Shown: in pieces, positions 59,101 to 64,000 of the stretch
Layout: each line of letters opens with the position of its first letter
Numbering within the stretch: the first letter of the stretch is position 1
Assembly (NCBI RefSeq): GCF_018977255.1
Contig: NW_024704743.1
Coordinates: forward strand, 24,430,001 to 24,494,000
From: Callorhinchus milii
Lineage: Eukaryota
DNA: 64,000 nt
Direction of reading: 5' to 3'
The notes under the pieces: model-generated
Seen by the model: the letters and a program-made list of their open reading frames with translations, nothing else
What the model was told of the DNA's origin: nothing
The model's database searches: none
Translations under genes and position numbers: made by a program

Positions 59101-61241
59101 TTATATTATTTTAAATTAATATTAAAGATTTAATAAATATATTAAAGAGATATTAACGTATATCAGTGCCTAACAACAGCCTTCAGTACAACAACGTAAT
59201 CTCATGACAGAGACCAACTATGGAAAGGTTTGGTTAATAAACAATGCTTTTCCAAGATTAGGTTCAAAATTAGATAAGAACTAGAAATCTAACCACTTTT
59301 ACAATGACAACCTGACCTCTACAATAATACCGAGGGAATAAAGTAAAGCAACATTGAGGGAGCAGTTCAAGTCTTGCTTTAGTCTAGAAAGGAAGTGGAA
59401 AAGAAGAGGGGGAATGATGGAAAAGATGGTTAGACTACATATTATCCGTATTTTCAGTGTAGTGAAGCCACCATTCACATCTGTACAATTAGATAAAAGG
59501 GATGCAACAAGATGAGGAAAAAACGGGAGCAAGAAAATAATGTATGATCTTTGATTGCGTCAGAAAATTTGTCATTGCTATAACTTAAGGAGAATGAAGA
59601 AGTGATCCTCTTTGAAGAGAAGTTTCCTGTTAAGTGTCAAATGAGCAATACACTGTTAGGTTGTGTCAAACTTTCATATTATCAGGAATCCTCAGAGAAA
59701 TTGTAAATAACTGAAAAGTGACTGGATCAAAAGCTAAAACCTAGACTACGAATACTTGGCTTTTAGACTAGGAATACTTTTAGACTAGGAATACGGCTGT
59801 AATTGGCTGTAATTAAGACTAAAATATTGTATGTCATACCAAAATTAAGAATATTTTGAACTAGAAAAACTGGCTTAATTTTTATCTGCAAATTCAATTA
59901 AAACTTACTTAGCCGGGTTTTATCCCTGGTCCCTGCTGAGCCAGCCTGGTACTACAACTGACCTCATTGTCTCTGGGTTGGTAGGAGACAAATCTGCCAA
60001 GTTTCCAATTCTTATTCAGTTATCCAGATTGGAAAGTATACTTGTGTGAAAATCAGGTGAAAGCAGGATTAGACTCCAACTAAGATCCTCTTCCCCACAG
60101 CCTCTTCCCGTTCCCTAAAAGCTGATGCCTTCACCTTCACAGTTCTAGACTTGCATGAAGGTTGGCCACTTGGGCCATGTACCTGTGGCCGATGACAAGG
60201 ACCCACAGCTTTGAGGAGTCGGGTAGAAAGTTTGCACTAATCAAGTCCTTATGTTTTCTATCAGATCCAAATTGTAACTGACACTTTTGGTAAAATCTCC
60301 ACTGATGATTTAATAAACAATGTAATGTAGCATAGGTTGACAACAGCACTCTTGTGAATACACAGATAATCCTCATTAAGCAAGAAACAAGGAAGCTCTT
60401 CCCAAGCAGTTATGAATTTCCTGCATACACAAGCTATTTGTGTTGCCTAAAACAACACTGCACAACACACCAACTACATCTGAAGTGCAAAAATCCAGCC
60501 TGGCTTTTAATGTTGCATGTAAGACTATTCTGTGTTTGATTCTATAGTCTATAGAATTATTTCTTAAAAAGATATCTTTAGATTAGGTTTTAGGACAGAG
60601 AACCAACCAAACCTCCCTTGCTCCTTATTATTGGTCTTCAAAGTCCAACTTACCCTCCTCTTCAATGATGATAATTTAAGTATTCCCGCAATAGTGCAAG
60701 AACAATTTGCATTTATATAGCAACTTTCATGTGGGATAGTGTCACGGGACACTGAACAATGACAGTGTTTGATGCTTTTTTGCTACACTGGGGATTCCAT
60801 TCATGTGGTCAGTAAAGGAGGAACTGCACTATTAAGATACTGAAGAGTCCCTTTAAAAAATATGTGCAATCTGTTTGAACTCGGTGCTGACTCTACAAGC
60901 ATTAGTTAGGGTTAAGACCCTTAATCAAGTGCATAAGGAACATGATTTCTCAGCTGTCTCTACAACCTGTACCCCTCCCCTAACACATTTCGACCCAGTC
61001 TCCCCTTGTCCCTCTCCATTAAAAATATGAAACAGGAAATCATACAATAAGTCATTGGTGCATTTGGTTTAATTTCTCCGAGTCAGTCCTTGGTGAAGGA
61101 CCAGCCCGTCAGACACTTTAGAGAGGTCAGTCATTTTATTTCTCCTGCAAATACACTATAACTAGGCTCTACTGTAAAATCCCATAGAGCACTTTGAGAC
61201 ATTGAGACAGGCGCCTTGAGATCAAGAAGACCGTTACTCAC

Positions 61242-61261
61242 TGCATGCGAGGTCTGTGGAA
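61242..61261 (-). other. Possible 5'UTR exon (or exon 3' end) of the PY-motif gene
   Basis: tgttttcag acceptor and CA|gtgagt donor only; no other support. Confidence 0.25.
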
Positions 61262-64000
61262 CTGAAAACACATGGAATAAGCTTTAAATTCGTCAGGCCT
61301 TTGAAAAGCTCAACATGAACTCAGGAAATGAGTAATGTAAAACTGGATGTAAATTATACTTTGGAAAAGATTAAGTATTCATCTTTTAATAGTAGGAATT
61401 GCTAATCAGGGTGGGGTTACAGCTTTTCATCAGATAAATCTTACCATCTTTAGTGGAATTAATTCTCCTGTGGACATGATTGAACCTCCTAGTTGTTGAC
61501 ATAGGGAATGTTTTGCCACCTATTTGTATTTAGCAAGTTGATTCAATTTTAAAGGTTTAATGTTTAGTCAGTGGTTTTGTCACATGTTAACTGGGCCAAG
61601 CTCAGCATGCAGTTTATTAAATTGTAAGTTTGTTTTTATTCCAGAGGATTATCTAGTTTTTTTGTTAAAACTATGCAGTGCATTTGAATCTACGATTTCA
61701 CTTTATGTGCATTGCATAAAGTATTTGCCTGATTTTTAATACAATGCATCTCTGCATTTATTTCTTGGACCTCTAGCATTATCCCACTTTTGACTGACAT
61801 TCATGTATTCCAGATATTCATTTTTTCCTTCATCTGAAAATCTCAATTTACATAATGTTGCCCAGATTTTGCACAGCAACTTTATAAGCACTTGGATTTA
61901 ATGGGGACTGAGTTGTTTGGGGACTGAGCCATCCAGTTTGGCTCCTCTCCTACCTCAAGTTATTTTGTATTTTCTTCTTGTGATTTAGTGCTTTTTCTGA
62001 GTGTTTGTAGTGGCTGTTCTTTCTGCTGTTAAAACATGACCAATTTTACAATTCTTTTGGTCTTGAATGTGTACAATTTTGGCATATGTATCAACACTTC
62101 GTATTATATTAGTTCAAAAGATGAAAAGTTTATATTTGGAAAGGGCTTGTGTGGTGCCAAAGTAGAATTGATGCCATACATTGTGTTATTGCTGAGGTAG
62201 AACTTGGTCAGGCATCAAATTAAAAGCAGTTGACAACGAGAAGGGCAGCAACTCTCCGCCACTAAGATTTGTTTGTGTAGGGGTGTGACACATCAATGAC
62301 TTATGAAACTAACTTTGAAACTATCTTATACAAACTCAAACTGCAGAAAGTTGGTTTGAATTTCTGTTAAGTATCTGAACAGTGAAACTACTAACGTGGA
62401 ATTATATTGGTTGGTTTTGAGTAGAGTGTCTTCTGCTTCTTGTAATGGTTAAGAGCAAGCATCAAATTCAGTTAGGCGAGGGGGACTCTGGTAAACAAGA
62501 ATCAGTGAAATAAACAGTATGTTTTTGCAAGGAAAGAGTTGGGAGACTCACATGTGTGGTCCCAATGCAGCACTGAACTTCAGTGAGATTCCCACTCAGT
62601 TACAAGCACAAATTGCTGTAGATTAGAAAACAGTCTATCCAGACTAGCAATAATAGTTAATGGTTCCATTTAAGCTATATTACAATTTACATTCTAAACC
62701 TTTGTTAAAACAAAAAACAATCAACTATAGTCATCTCCCTCGGCTTTTGACTTCCAACTCTTTACCAAAACACTCATGGTACTCGAGATTCATTTCTTCA
62801 CCCATAGGTTTCAGAATCATTCTTTCTGAACCCTTCTCCACCTCATCACACAGTTATAATAATAATCCTCTCAAAGTGCTTCACCAGATATACTATAAAG
62901 TGGATTGACTGTATTTTGTGGGCGAAACACAGCAGCCAGTTTGAGTACAGCAACGTTCCACACTGCATTCAATAAAAAAAATAGAGGTCTGCCTTGGATC
63001 ATTATCAGCAATGTGACGGTTACACAAGCTCAGAAATGCTAAACTACTAAATTTGGATTTTGTTGGCCAAAATATTGCCGCTTCTTGCTGGAAAACACAT
63101 TTTGGGCTACAAAGTGCATCTGAACAGAGAATACCAGGAACATCACATAGGGTCAGAGCGGAGTTCTTCCTAATTAATGCATGTTTGACAACAAATGCCC
63201 TAATGTGAGTACTTGGGTAAAAAAAATATAGCTCCACGTCCAAGAAGTTGAAAAAAAATCACAGGCATCATGATGGGAGTATCCAGTTTGTGATACTGTA
63301 CTGGCCTCAATGTATGAAGAATGTAACACTGAACAGGAAACGAGCCAGGAAACTATGATTGATTACAAACTGCAAGAAACAATTTGCAAAAAATCTCAAG
63401 GCAGAAAGTATTTGTGTTGAACAAGTTATACAAGTTGATTCGATTTGGAAGGCTGAATAGTTATTCAATGTTTTGTCACAAATTAACCGGGTTTGAGATC
63501 AAGTCTCGGTGCTCCCTTGGACTTTCCTATCACCCGCCGTAAAACTCACTTTGGTTTTCCAAATAAACAATCATTTTCAGGCGGAGGTCAAAGGTAGAGA
63601 TGGGGAAAGAGTAGAATATTCCCCACTGAGTATAGAATTTTAAAAATGGAATTAGATATACTTAAAATAATTTCTGTTTATGTTGGAGGTGGGGGCAGTG
63701 TAGGGAAATGCAGAGAACAAATGACCAATACAGTGATGCTATAATAATTCAACAACAGAGAAAAACTTGTCACCTTTCTTAGCTTTTACTAAACATGCTC
63801 ATAAACACGAGGAAGAAAAACATCTATCGTCTCCAGAGAGGATGAGGAACCCATTTGTTGTGATGGTGAGTCATCGTCGCACTGTGCTGTCAGGACAATC
63901 GCATCTAAGTTGCAGCGATAACCTCTGGACTGCAGATCGTTTTGGATCGAGTGACTGATGATCAGGCTCCTTTACTGTTGGTGTGCCACATTAAATGAAT

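Noticed and set aside
59900..60150. Possible further ancient SINE family (also ~28190-28390 and ~21660-21800)
   Set aside because: Similarity among copies is too degraded to delimit or name by eye.
63480..63960. Possible promoter or first exon (gtgagt donors on both strands, a few CpGs, 63-aa ORF)
   Set aside because: No CpG island or convincing core motif; the window ends here.
1..64000. CRISPR arrays, operons or prokaryotic defence systems; RT ORFs as retron/DGR-like
   Set aside because: The sequence is intron-rich vertebrate DNA, with no regularly spaced repeat-spacer array. All RT motifs belong to L2/CR1 LINEs.

Overview
Eukaryotic, AT-rich, repeat-dense vertebrate genomic DNA. The tRNA-headed Deu-type SINEs plus L2 and CR1 LINEs point to a cartilaginous fish, possibly a holocephalan (inference). 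Two spliced genes were reconstructed by hand and converge tail-to-tail. (1) A + strand chain of 14 phase-consistent GT-AG exons (5341-32083) gives 467 stop-free codons of a divergent CCDC60/DUF4698-like protein. Its start exon is unresolved, and it is preceded by decayed armadillo-repeat-like coding sequence. (2) A - strand 4-coding-exon gene (49288-37133) encodes a 178-aa single-pass membrane protein with three PPPY motifs (NEDD4-family adaptor-like) and has a 6-codon uORF. Almost all ORF-track entries are SINE/LINE artefacts. The most unusual element is a ~510-bp candidate retroposon at 2979-3485 (-): a U2 snRNA-derived head, an unrelated body, an AATAAA/oligo-A tail and a possible TSD. Also seen: a SINE/L2 shared 3' stem-loop with a compensatory base pair, multi-level nested insertions and unclassified repeat families. 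Homology calls are from memory of the families, not database searches. Repeat boundaries are approximate.
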